A stretch of DNA of 64,000 nt from Clostridia bacterium. GTDB taxonomy: Bacteria; Bacillota; Peptococcia; Peptococcales; BICA1-8. The notes beneath the pieces are model-generated. The model saw nothing but the letters and a program-made list of their open reading frames with translations, was not told the DNA's origin and did no database searches. Shown here in pieces: positions 1-8,674 of the stretch. The DNA is taken from the NCBI GenBank assembly GCA_012720075.1, contig JAAXZE010000007.1:465-64464 (forward strand), written 5' to 3'. Each line of letters opens with the position of its first letter. Position 1 is the first letter of the stretch. The position numbers and the translations under genes were made by a program.

Positions 1-1503
1 GGGCTCCATCAGGCTATTGAGGCTAAGGAAGGGGTAAAAATTGAACGGGAAACCCAAACGTTAGCCCCCATTACTTTCCAGAATTATTTTAGAATGTATA
101 AAAAAATCAGCGGGATGACCGGTACCGCTAAAACAGAAGAAGAAGAATTTATAAAAATTTACGGGATGGATGTTGTTGTTATTCCCACCAATAAGCCTAT
201 GATCCGGGAGGACAAACCTGATGTGGTTTATCGAACGGAAATGGGAAAATTTAATGCTGTTGTCAATGAAATAGAAAGACTATATAAACGAGGACAGCCG
301 GTACTGGTAGGTACCGTTTCTATTGAAAAATCAGAGCTTCTGAGCGGCCTTTTGAAGAGAAAGGGTATTCCCCATCAAGTATTGAATGCCAAGTACCATG
401 AGCAGGAGGCCGAAATAGTAGCCCAAGCAGGACAAAAGGGCATGGTAACAATAGCGACTAACATGGCCGGCCGGGGTACAGATATTGTCCTGGGACCGGG
501 GGTTAAAGAGCTGGGCGGTTTGGCTATTATTGGTACGGAGCGCCATGAAGCCCGGCGGATCGATAACCAGCTCCGGGGTAGAAGCGGCCGGCAGGGAGAT
601 CCGGGAGTCACCCAGTTTTACATCTCACTGGAAGATGACTTAATGCGTCTTTTTGGCTCGGAAAATATTATGGGGCTTATGGATAAATTGGGTATGGATG
701 ATTCCGTGCCCATTGAAAACAGTATTATAACAAAAGGAATTGAAAATGCGCAGAAAAAGGTAGAAGCCCGTAATTTCGATATCAGAAAACATGTTTTGGA
801 ATACGATGATGTTATGAATCAACAGCGGGAAGTTATATATGGTCAGCGCCGTAAAGTTTTGATGGGTGAAAATCTAAAAGAAAGTATTTTGGATATGATT
901 GAAAAGGTTGTCAAGAGGACCATCGACAACTTTGCCGGCGAAATCCCCTATCCAGAAGAATGGGATCTGGCAGGACTTTTACATGCTGCCCGGCAAAGCT
1001 TCTTGCCCAATCATAATTTAACCGTAGAAAAGTTGGCCGCTATGGAGGCCGAGGAAATCAGGGAATTCCTCAAAGAGGAAGCCTTTAAAGCCTATGAAGC
1101 CCGGGAACAACAATTAGGCGAGGATACTTTGCGGGAGTTGGAACGGCTGGTACTTTTGAAAGTGGTGGATGCCAAATGGATGGATCACCTGGATGCCATG
1201 GATCAGCTGAGACAAGGGATTTATTTAAGGGCTTATGGCCAAAGGGATCCTTTAACGGAATATAAGTTTGAAGCATATGATATGTTCAATCAGATGATCG
1301 AAGAAATCCAGAATGAAACCGTTCGCTATATTTATCGGGTCAATGTAGTGGAAAGACCCGAAGAAAGAACCGATATGGTAGAAAATAAATATGCTGAAGA
1401 GAAAGCAAAGACGCCGATTAGGTCTGAAAAAATAGGCCGCAATGACCCCTGTCCCTGTGGCAGCGGCAAAAAGTACAAGAAGTGTTGTGGAAAAGAAGCA
1501 TAA
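1..1503 (+). CDS. secA: Preprotein translocase ATPase SecA, C-terminal ~500 aa (5' end lies outside the window)
   Basis: Frame 1 is open from nt 1 ([27 protein letters not shown]) and continues into listed ORF 94..1503. Ends with the SecA zinc-finger tail [17 protein letters not shown] at 1501-1503. Confidence 0.95.
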   Translation, partial: GLHQAIEAKEGVKIERETQTLAPITFQNYFRMYKKISGMTGTAKTEEEEFIKIYGMDVVVIPTNKPMIREDKPDVVYRTEMGKFNAVVNEIERLYKRGQPVLVGTVSIEKSELLSGLLKRKGIPHQVLNAKYHEQEAEIVAQAGQKGMVTIATNMAGRGTDIVLGPGVKELGGLAIIGTERHEARRIDNQLRGRSGRQGDPGVTQFYISLEDDLMRLFGSENIMGLMDKLGMDDSVPIENSIITKGIENAQKKVEARNFDIRKHVLEYDDVMNQQREVIYGQRRKVLMGENLKESILDMIEKVVKRTIDNFAGEIPYPEEWDLAGLLHAARQSFLPNHNLTVEKLAAMEAEEIREFLKEEAFKAYEAREQQLGEDTLRELERLVLLKVVDAKWMDHLDAMDQLRQGIYLRAYGQRDPLTEYKFEAYDMFNQMIEEIQNETVRYIYRVNVVERPEERTDMVENKYAEEKAKTPIRSEKIGRNDPCPCGSGKKYKKCCGKEA

Positions 1504-1507
1504 CATT

Positions 1508-1545
1508 AACGTGACATAGTGTCACAGTGCCATCGTGACATCGAA
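1508..1545 (+). repeat. Repeat module A (AACGTGACATnGTGTCACnGTGCCATCGTGACATCGA), copy 1
   Basis: Near-identical 37-38 nt copy at 11062-11098. Diverged copies at 2888-2923 and, inverted, at 25355-25390. Confidence 0.85.
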
Positions 1546-1550
1546 AGTTT

Positions 1551-1700
1551 TATTGATGCATCCGATGAAAGTTAAGCTTTGAAGATGCATCTGCTTTCAA
1601 GCAAAAAGCATGATGCATCCTTTAAGCTAGCTCAGGTGCAAGTGCGTCAAGACTGTTTCACATGCATGAGATGCAACCTAAACACTGGTTACTAGGTTAC
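1551..1700 (+). repeat. Word array: palindromic GATGCATC x3 at 28-29 nt spacing, then the RBS-proximal module CCTAAACACTGGTTACTAGGTTAC
   Basis: GATGCATC at 1555, 1584 and 1612. CATGCATGAGATGCAACC at 1661-1678. The terminal module aligns with the spacers upstream of cof, uvrA and the hydrogenase operon. Confidence 0.7.
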
Positions 1701-1724
1701 TATAAGATAATTGAGGTGATTGAC

Positions 1725-2829
1725 ATGGATTTTGAAATTAATCGGGAATTGGAAATAGCTGCCAAGCGTGTTAAAGATTTGAGGGATTCACTTTGACCTG
1801 CCTAGTAAATTAAGGCAGATTGAAGAATTGGAGCATAAAGTGGGTCTTCCTGATTTTTGGGATGACCCTGAAAAGGCCCAAAAAACTATGCAGGAGCTTA
1901 CAAAATTAAAGGATAAGGTGGAACAAATCAACAGGTTGGAGCGAAAGCTGGAGGATATAGAAGTTCTTTACCAATTAGGAAGGGAAGAAGGGGAGGAGGT
2001 AGTTGCCTCTGAAATTACTGAGGAACTTGAGGAATTAAACAATCTTTTGGAAAAAATGGAGTTAGAGACTCTCCTTAATGGTAAATATGATCGAAACAAT
2101 GCCATTTTAACTTTACATCCCGGAGCCGGAGGTACAGAGTCCCAGGATTGGACGGAGATGCTATATCGGATGTATACCCGGTGGGCTGAAAGTAAAGGCT
2201 ATCGGGTGGAAGTTTTGGACTATCTTCCGGGTGATGAAGCCGGTATAAAAAGCGTAACCATCTCTATTGAAGGAGAAAATGCTTACGGTTATCTGAAAGC
2301 CGAATAAGGGGTTCATCGATTAGTTAGGATTTCGTCCTTTGATGCTTCAGGTAGGAGACATACGTCTTTTTCGGCTGTGGAAGTTATGCCGGAAGTCAAT
2401 GACGAAACAACTATTGAAATTGACCCCAAGGATTTAAAAGTTGACACCTATCGTTCCAGTGGTGCCGGCGGACAGCATGTCAATAAGACCAGTTCGGCGG
2501 TTCGGATTACCCATATTCCCACAGGAATCGTTGTTCAATGTCAAAACGAACGGTCCCAGATAAGCAATCGGGCTACGGCAATGAAAATTTTGCGTTCCAA
2601 ACTGCTGGAATTACAAATGAAGGAAAAGGAAAAAGAATTGGCCCAACTTAAAGGAGAACAGCAGGAAATAGGCTGGGGCAGCCAGATTCGTTCCTATGTA
2701 TTCCATCCCTACAGTTTGGTTAAAGACCATCGTACCGGAGTGGAAAAGGGCAATGTCCATGCCGTTATGGACGGAGATTTAGATGATTTTATTACCGGAT
2801 ATTTAAAAATGCAGGCCTCTCAACAATGA
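1725..2829 (+). CDS. prfB: Peptide chain release factor 2 with the programmed +1 frameshift, but interrupted by an in-frame TAA (2305-2307). A pipeline would call this a pseudogene.
   Basis: ATG 1725 follows a GAGGTG SD. 22 codons are followed by CTT TGA C (1791-1797). The +1 frame then joins listed ORFs 1828..2307 and 2377..2829, which share one frame. GGQ motif [11 protein letters not shown] is present. TAA replaces the Lys of the conserved YLKAEKGVHRLVR, and ISSFD sits where RF2 has SPFD. Confidence 0.85.
1782..1797 (+). promoter_or_regulatory. prfB autoregulatory +1 frameshift site (SD-like AGGGA, then CTT TGA C)
   Basis: Sequence AGG GAT TCA CTT TGA C. The zero frame stops at TGA 1794-1796, and the +1 frame (GAC from 1795) is open and encodes RF2. 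Confidence 0.9.
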
Positions 2830-2846
2830 GAGATCCTGCTTTTTTT
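2811..2846 (+). terminator. Putative intrinsic terminator after prfB
   Basis: GCAGG..TCTCA / TGAGA..CCTGC imperfect hairpin overlapping the stop codon, followed by TTTTTTT. Confidence 0.55.
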
Positions 2847-2887
2847 ATAATATTGGTCATGTGTCCAATGGTCAGTGATTAATATTT

Positions 2888-2923
2888 AGTGTCATCGTGT
2901 CACCTTGACGCCGTGACATCGAA
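2888..2923 (+). repeat. Repeat module A, diverged copy, forming the first module of the composite element 2888-3043
   Basis: AGTGTCATCGTGTCACCTTGACGCCGTGACATCGAA aligns with the module A copies at 1508-1545 and 11062-11098 and, inverted, at 25355-25390. Confidence 0.75.
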
Positions 2924-3043
2924 AATTTATGAAAAATTGGAATGGTTGGCGTCATGTTAATGTTAACCTTAACTATAACTTCAGCCTCAATCTTTAACCT
3001 AGCAAAGCAAAACCTAAACTTTTTTTAAAACTGTAGCGCCGAC
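2888..3043 (+). repeat. Composite intergenic repeat, module order A-E-B-C
   Basis: Collinear over about 150 nt with the reverse complement of 25240-25392. Shared modules: GTGTCACC..GACGCCGTGACATCGAA, AAATTGGAATGGTTGG, and CTCAA.CTTTAA.CTAGCAA.GC. Confidence 0.85.
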
Positions 3044-3067
3044 ATGGGGAATAACTGAAGAGCAAAA

Positions 3068-3712
3068 TCAGTAAGCCGTTAATGGTATGTTACACAGTTC
3101 CACATGATATCGGCTGACTTTTTTCACGTATTTTTGGGGCAAGGATAAATCCTGGCGCAGTTTATTATCCACATAAGTTTCGCCGGCATTATAAGCGACA
3201 AGGACTTTTTCTAAATGGCCGTCGTAACGGTTGAGCAAACGTTTAAGAATATAGGTTCCCATTTGAATATTGGTATCGATATTAAATAGTTCTTCCCTGT
3301 TTTGGGGAGGATTTATGCCCATAAGCTTGGCCCAGTAGGGGGCATATTTATAGCGAATTTGCATAAGACCTGTATCATCAAGGGTACCTTTGCATAAGGG
3401 TTTAAATTGGCTTTCAGCGGCAATAACCGAAATAATCAGATTTTCCGGTACGTTGTACAAGGCGCTATATTTTTCAATGGCAGCAGCAATCAACTCAAAA
3501 GTTTCATCATCTAATTCGGGGTTTAATCTTTTTACCAAGGTCACAAATTCTTCATCGGACAAAAGTTTTGGTGGCTGCTTTTTGGGTGTCGGCTCGTGTT
3601 TGGGTAAGTGTAAGCTGTCATCGGCAACACCTTGGCTCGAACACCCGATGGAAGTAACCGCCAAAAGCAGCGATACCCCCACTGCCAAGGCCTTGCGTCT
3701 TTTTTTACACAT
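3068..3712 (-). CDS. Lytic transglycosylase (SLT domain) lipoprotein
   Basis: Lipobox LLLAVTSIGCSS. SLT catalytic region AAESQFKP..GLMQI..YNAG. ATG at 3712 lies 8 nt after a GGAGG SD; the listed ORF begins 2 codons earlier at a TTG. Confidence 0.85.
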   Translation of the reverse strand: MCKKRRKALAVGVSLLLAVTSIGCSSQGVADDSLHLPKHEPTPKKQPPKLLSDEEFVTLVKRLNPELDDETFELIAAAIEKYSALYNVPENLIISVIAAESQFKPLCKGTLDDTGLMQIRYKYAPYWAKLMGINPPQNREELFNIDTNIQMGTYILKRLLNRYDGHLEKVLVAYNAGETYVDNKLRQDLSLPQKYVKKVSRYHVELCNIPLTAY

Positions 3713-3888
3713 CCTCAATACCTCCTAATATTGGAGCAAATAGAAATGTTCCCCAAATTATTACTATTCATTATAGTCATAACCAAAATCCACCAAAAAT
3801 ATGCATTAAATGTAGCCTAAAAAAAATGATTTTGGCAAGGGTTGTTAATTCTAAAATTTAGAAATTAAGGAGTTAGAGGACGATTTAT

Positions 3889-4581
3889 ATGAAAATAATG
3901 TCGAAATTTCTCATTTTTGCTTTGATTTTCTCCCTGGTTATTATTGGTTTGGTATCATATTACCTCGAAAAAAGCATTAATAAAGAGGTTGAGAAGGCTA
4001 TTTTGCAAGGATACAGGGGTACGTCCAGCGTTCAGGCTCAATTAAAAATAAACTGGTTTAAAGGAGGCTTAAAGGGAAATATAGAAAGTTTTAAAATAAC
4101 CATAGATGATTGGACCCATAATAACTGGAAGATAAATAATTTTGAAGGCCATTTTAAGAACGTAAAAATTAATTGGGGGCAGCTTTATTCGAAAAAACGG
4201 CTGGTAATTGAGAAAATTGAGCAAGGCAATATTAAGATGGTTATTGATGAAAATAATTTGAATGATGCCCTAAGTCATTACTACCGGGGGTTTACCGTCA
4301 AACTCAATGAAAAAGGTATTTCCATTAATCTTCGAATAAATTTATTGGGATATGAATTTGCAACTTCGGTTCACGGACAATTGAAACCAGGACGAGGAGC
4401 GGAAATATATTTTGTTCCGGAAAAAATAGACATAGCCCAATCCTCCATTCCTGAGAGTTTTAGAAAAGAATTATTACAAAAAGTGAAAATTCCTCTGTCA
4501 TTGGAAAAAACTCCCTTCACTTTTCAAGTAACAACTGTTAAGATAATGCAGGATAAAATAATTATTACCGGGAAAGTGTAA
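3889..4581 (+). CDS. Membrane-anchored hypothetical protein (DUF2993/LmeA-like by recollection)
   Basis: 230-aa ORF with an N-terminal TM helix (FLIFALIFSLVIIGLVSYYL) and an AGAGGA SD. Family assignment is from memory only. Confidence 0.6.
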   Translation: MKIMSKFLIFALIFSLVIIGLVSYYLEKSINKEVEKAILQGYRGTSSVQAQLKINWFKGGLKGNIESFKITIDDWTHNNWKINNFEGHFKNVKINWGQLYSKKRLVIEKIEQGNIKMVIDENNLNDALSHYYRGFTVKLNEKGISINLRINLLGYEFATSVHGQLKPGRGAEIYFVPEKIDIAQSSIPESFRKELLQKVKIPLSLEKTPFTFQVTTVKIMQDKIIITGKV

Positions 4582-4665
4582 ACTAAAGAAAAATGAAGTT
4601 GGGCTGAATATTGATTATAAGCTTACAGGGAAAATAATATCCACTCAGTAAACGGGGGTAGGAAA

Positions 4666-5484
4666 ATGGATGAAAAAACTTTGGCTTTTTTGAAGGATAA
4701 AGCAAAGACAATTAGCAGGCATATTATAGAAATGACAGGGGCTGCCGGCTCCGGACATCCCGGGGGCTCCCTCTCAGCAGCAGATATCATTACTTATTTA
4801 TATTTTAAGGAACTGAAAATTGATCCCAACAACCCCGATTGGCCTGAAAGGGATCGGTTTGTTTTATCCAAAGGACATGCAGCGCCGGTACTTTATGCCG
4901 CTTTGGCCGAAAGGGGATTTTTCCCCGTCGAAGATTTGGTAACATTACGGAAAATTGACTCCTATCTACAGGGGCATCCCGATATGAAAAGGGTAAAAGG
5001 TGTGGAAATGACCACCGGTTCTTTAGGGACAGGCTTTTCTACTGCAGTAGGGATGGCTTTGGCTGCCAGGATGGATAAAAAGGACAATTTCATTTTCGTT
5101 TTGTTAGGCGACGGGGAAATACAGGAAGGACAAGTTTGGGAAGCTGCTATGGCGGCTGCTCATTATAAATTAGATAATATGATAGCCATCTTGGATTATA
5201 ACGGGTTACAAATAGACGGGCCTGTTTCTGAGGTATTATCTCCCGAACCGTTGCCTGATAAATGGCGGGCTTTTGGTTGGGAAGTCTTGGAGATAGACGG
5301 TCACGATTTTGATGCTATTGAAAAAGCCATTAACAAAGCCAAGGAAGTTAAAGGCAAACCGACAATGATAATCGCCAAGACCATAAAAGGAAAAGGTGTT
5401 TCCTTTATGGAGAATGAAGCGGGGTGGCATGGTTCCGCGCCCAACAAGGAACAGGTGGAAAAGGCCTTGGCTGAATTATCCTAA
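4666..5484 (+). CDS. Transketolase, N-terminal (ThDP-binding) subunit
   Basis: [15 protein letters not shown] and [14 protein letters not shown] motifs. 272 aa is typical of split transketolases. Confidence 0.95.
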   Translation: MDEKTLAFLKDKAKTISRHIIEMTGAAGSGHPGGSLSAADIITYLYFKELKIDPNNPDWPERDRFVLSKGHAAPVLYAALAERGFFPVEDLVTLRKIDSYLQGHPDMKRVKGVEMTTGSLGTGFSTAVGMALAARMDKKDNFIFVLLGDGEIQEGQVWEAAMAAAHYKLDNMIAILDYNGLQIDGPVSEVLSPEPLPDKWRAFGWEVLEIDGHDFDAIEKAINKAKEVKGKPTMIIAKTIKGKGVSFMENEAGWHGSAPNKEQVEKALAELS

Positions 5485-5494
5485 TTACTTACGG

Positions 5495-5765
5495 GTAAAT
5501 TTATTGGGTCTGATAGTACTCAAGAGTTGAGATATTGCGTCTGACATCTCCTCAATGGTTATATTTTTGGTCTGACAATATTAATTGGTTAACATTTTGA
5601 CCTTTAAAATAGAACGATTTGTATATGTGTATAATTAAATTTTATCAGACGCAAAAGATTGCCTTTTAGAACTTTCTAACCCATGAGTTAGACATCCTGG
5701 CAATTGTCAGACGCAAAAGATAGGCTTGTAGACAAATTATCTGACCCGCAAGATAGACCCTTAAG
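5495..5765. repeat. Palindromic word-array element (GTCTGA / TCAGAC words) inserted between the two transketolase subunit genes
   Basis: GTCTGA at 5508, 5539 and 5570 (31-nt period). The inverse TCAGACGCAAAAGAT is at 5645 and 5707 (62 nt apart), around an AT-rich centre. The right end GACCCGCAAGATAGACCC matches the ends of the uvr spacer elements. Confidence 0.8.
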
Positions 5766-5790
5766 ATAAAAGAAACGGAGGTTTTAATAT

Positions 5791-6732
5791 ATGGAAAGTA
5801 TGGCAACCCGGGATGCCTATGGGAAGGCATTGGTGGAATTAGGTAGGATAAATAAAGATGTGGTAGTTTTAGATGCCGATTTATCCAAATCAACTAAAAC
5901 CGACGGCTTTCAAAAAGAGTTTCCGGAGAGGTTTTTTAACATCGGAATAGCTGAACAAAATTTGATAGGCTGTGCTGCAGGTTTTGCAACTTCGGGCAAA
6001 ATCCCCTTTGCCAGTTCCTTTGCTGTCTTTGCCACCGGCAGGGCCTACGACCAGATTAGAAATTCTGTAAGCTATTCCCACTTAAATGTCAAAATTGCCG
6101 CTTCCCATGCCGGTATCACCGTTGGCGAAGACGGCGGTTCCCACCAAATGCTGGAAGATATAGCGTTGATGCGGGCGGTGCCGGGCATGACTGTTATCGT
6201 ACCCGCTGATGGAGTTGAAACAAAAAAAGCCATATTTGCCGCTGCCCAATATGTGGGACCGGTTTATATAAGACTGGGCAGGCCTAAAGTACCTATCATT
6301 TTCGACGAAGATTATATATTTGCCATTGGTAAAGCAGCTGTCATCAAAGAAGGCTCCGATGTGGCCTTAATGGCTACCGGGATAATGGTCAGCGAGGCCC
6401 TAAAAGCGGCGGAGCTGTTACAAAATCAGGGATTTAGCGCCGCTGTGGTGAACATTAGTACTATTAAGCCCATCGATGCGGAAACTATTACCAAGGTAGC
6501 ACAAAAAACCAAGGCTGTAGTTACCTGTGAAGAGCATAATATTTACGGGGGATTAGGCAGCGCTGTGGCAGAGGTTTTAGTTGAAAATTGTCCTGTTCCC
6601 ATGGAAAGAATAGGTGTGAAAGATGTGTTCGGCCGGTCGGGCAAGCCCCAGGAGCTCATGGAGAAATACGGTTTGACAGCTAAGGATATTGTCGATGCCG
6701 CCTGTAAGGCTATGGCCAGGAAAACAAAGTAA
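5791..6732 (+). CDS. Transketolase, C-terminal (pyrimidine-binding) subunit
   Basis: FNIGIAEQN and EDGGSHQ motifs. 313 aa. GGAGG SD. Confidence 0.95.
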   Translation: MESMATRDAYGKALVELGRINKDVVVLDADLSKSTKTDGFQKEFPERFFNIGIAEQNLIGCAAGFATSGKIPFASSFAVFATGRAYDQIRNSVSYSHLNVKIAASHAGITVGEDGGSHQMLEDIALMRAVPGMTVIVPADGVETKKAIFAAAQYVGPVYIRLGRPKVPIIFDEDYIFAIGKAAVIKEGSDVALMATGIMVSEALKAAELLQNQGFSAAVVNISTIKPIDAETITKVAQKTKAVVTCEEHNIYGGLGSAVAEVLVENCPVPMERIGVKDVFGRSGKPQELMEKYGLTAKDIVDAACKAMARKTK

Positions 6733-6747
6733 TTTCATAAAAAAATA

Positions 6748-6775
6748 AGGGGGCCTGGGGCCCCTGTTTTTATTT
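6748..6775. terminator. Bidirectional intrinsic terminator between convergent genes
   Basis: GGGGC-CTGGG-GCCCC hairpin with an A-run upstream and a T-run downstream. Confidence 0.75.
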
Positions 6776-7629
6776 TATTTAATCAATTCTTCGATGGCTA
6801 CCTTAATATTTTCAATTTTTTCAGTTAAAACTTTTAAAGCATCTTTTTGTTCATCAGAGGTCTCATTATTATTTTCGATAATATTGATTAGATCCAAAAA
6901 CCTCTGACTAAATAGATTGCTCAGGTCGGTAATGTTATGGGAATAGGAAGAAGTCTCCTGGGCCAATTTTTTAATTTCGTTAGCCACAACGGCAAAGCTT
7001 CGGCCGTGTTCGCCGGCTCTGGCTGCTTCTATGCTGGCATTGAGAGCGATTAAGTTGGTCTGTTTGGCGATTTTCTCAATCAAACTCAGATTGTTTCTTA
7101 TATTGCTCAAAATAAGGTTGGCTTCGTTAAAGATATCTTTACTTTTGGCATTTATCTCAGAAATGGACTCTGCCGCGGCATAAAGCTCTTGGGAGGTAGC
7201 CGCTAAATCTGTAATGTTGTCGCTAATGTTGGTACTGGTATTTATTATATTTTCCTTTACCTTTAACTCGCCATATACCAATTCCACCATAAGCTTAACC
7301 ATATCGGCATAGGGTTTGGTTAAGGAGGGGTCTCCGGTAATTCCTATTGTGCCGATTCTCTCGTCATTATAAACAATTGGCATATGTACACCGAAGCGTA
7401 TATCTTGTCCTTTTTTTTGGTATTCTTCAGCCATTTCCGCAGAGATTATCAGTTCATCTATTTCACGGTTCAACATCTTTCTGGAAATGTTGTGTATTTT
7501 ACCCACTCGTCCGGAAACACTGGCTTCATAAATTTCTCCGCCTTCACCGCAAATGATAATAGGAAAAGGGATTAAAGTATGAACTTTTTGAAAAATGGTT
7601 TTAGCCAATTCCTTGGTAATCATTTTCAC
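6775..7629 (-). CDS. Soluble protein with an N-terminal sugar-diacid-recognition-like domain fused to a methyl-accepting chemotaxis signalling domain
   Basis: The N-terminus resembles CdaR Diacid_rec ([27 protein letters not shown]). The C-terminus has the MCP hairpin core [34 protein letters not shown]. No TM segments. Confidence 0.7.
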   Translation of the reverse strand: MKMITKELAKTIFQKVHTLIPFPIIICGEGGEIYEASVSGRVGKIHNISRKMLNREIDELIISAEMAEEYQKKGQDIRFGVHMPIVYNDERIGTIGITGDPSLTKPYADMVKLMVELVYGELKVKENIINTSTNISDNITDLAATSQELYAAAESISEINAKSKDIFNEANLILSNIRNNLSLIEKIAKQTNLIALNASIEAARAGEHGRSFAVVANEIKKLAQETSSYSHNITDLSNLFSQRFLDLINIIENNNETSDEQKDALKVLTEKIENIKVAIEELIK

Positions 7630-7924
7630 TACCCCCTTGGCTTGTACTCATGCCTTTATAATATAATATCATATAAAAAAGTTATATAAACCAGATATTT
7701 TTAAAAATACAAGATAATTTACAAAATGCTAAAATATTATAAAAAATATAAATATAATTATTTTTAAGTATTGTTTTCTTGATATTGTACCTGCAAGAAT
7801 TAAATGGATGAGACGAAATCCTCTAAATAGGGAGGAAATTATTTTTTACTGTCGAAAACTTTAAAAAAGTAATTTTAAACAAACTTAAGTACTAACCAAG
7901 GGTATATCAATATAAACCCATCGC

Positions 7925-7968
7925 TTCATATACTTACACACTTACTAGCTCTTGATTACCAGTACTAA
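7925..7968 (+). repeat. RBS-proximal repeat module upstream of ftsE (CTTACACACTTACTAGCTCTTGATTACCAG)
   Basis: Shares ACTAGCT..TTGATTAC.A with 23175-23194, and CTTACACAC words with 17631-17665 (reverse complement) and 25778-25895. Confidence 0.55.
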
Positions 7969-7984
7969 ATTTGAGGTGAAGTAA

Positions 7985-8674
7985 TTGATACAGTTTTTTA
8001 ATGTTACAAAAAAATACGATAACGGTACATTAGCCTTAGATAATGTCAGTGTTTCCATAGAAAGAGGGGAGTTTGTATTTTTAGTAGGGCCTAGCGGTGC
8101 CGGCAAATCAACTTTTACCCGCCTATTAATTCGGGAAGGGTTACCCACCAAAGGTCAGATAATGATAGAAGGCAAAAGCATTATTCGCATGAAATCCAAG
8201 GAAATTCCTTTGCTCAGGAGGAAAATTGGTTTCATTTTCCAAGACTTTCGCTTATTACAGGACAGAACTGTGTATGAAAATGTGGCCTTTGCTTTGGAAG
8301 CCGTAGGGACTCCTGTCAGTGAAGTAAAAAGAAAAGTTCCTAATGTTTTGAATATGGTAGGCATTGGCGACAAATATGCTTGTTTCCCCGATGAACTTTC
8401 CGGCGGTGAACAGCAGCGGGTTGCAATTGCCAGGGCCATTGTAAATAACCCCAGTATTCTTATTGCCGATGAGCCTACAGGGAATTTGGACCCCGAAAAT
8501 TCATTGGAAATCATGAAAATAATTAACGAGATAAACAAACGGGGAACAACCATAATCATGGCAACCCATGACAGTGAAATTGTTGATCGTATGCGTAAAA
8601 GGGTTATTGTTTTAAATAAAGGAAGAATCGTTAGGGACGATGTAAAAGGAGGGTACGATTATGGCCTTCAGTAG
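7985..8674 (+). CDS. ftsE: Cell division ABC ATPase FtsE
   Basis: Walker A GPSGAGKST, signature LSGGEQQR, Walker B ILIADEP. TTG start after a GAGGTG SD. Overlaps ftsX. Confidence 0.95.
   Translation: MIQFFNVTKKYDNGTLALDNVSVSIERGEFVFLVGPSGAGKSTFTRLLIREGLPTKGQIMIEGKSIIRMKSKEIPLLRRKIGFIFQDFRLLQDRTVYENVAFALEAVGTPVSEVKRKVPNVLNMVGIGDKYACFPDELSGGEQQRVAIARAIVNNPSILIADEPTGNLDPENSLEIMKIINEINKRGTTIIMATHDSEIVDRMRKRVIVLNKGRIVRDDVKGGYDYGLQ

Noticed and set aside
331-611. Antisense ORFs inside secA (331..546, 375..611), and many analogous ones inside other genes, for example 8155..8559, 22220..22699, 36560..36991, 40116..40556 and 54933..55325.
   Set aside because: They lie wholly within strongly supported genes on the opposite strand. 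They have no SD, and their low-complexity or Pro/Ser/Ala-rich translations are typical of shadow frames.
7849-7855. Spo0A-box-like TGTCGAA heptamers at 7849-7855 and 44993-44999.
   Set aside because: A 7-mer is expected about eight times by chance in 64 kb on two strands. Neither site has a supporting arrangement.
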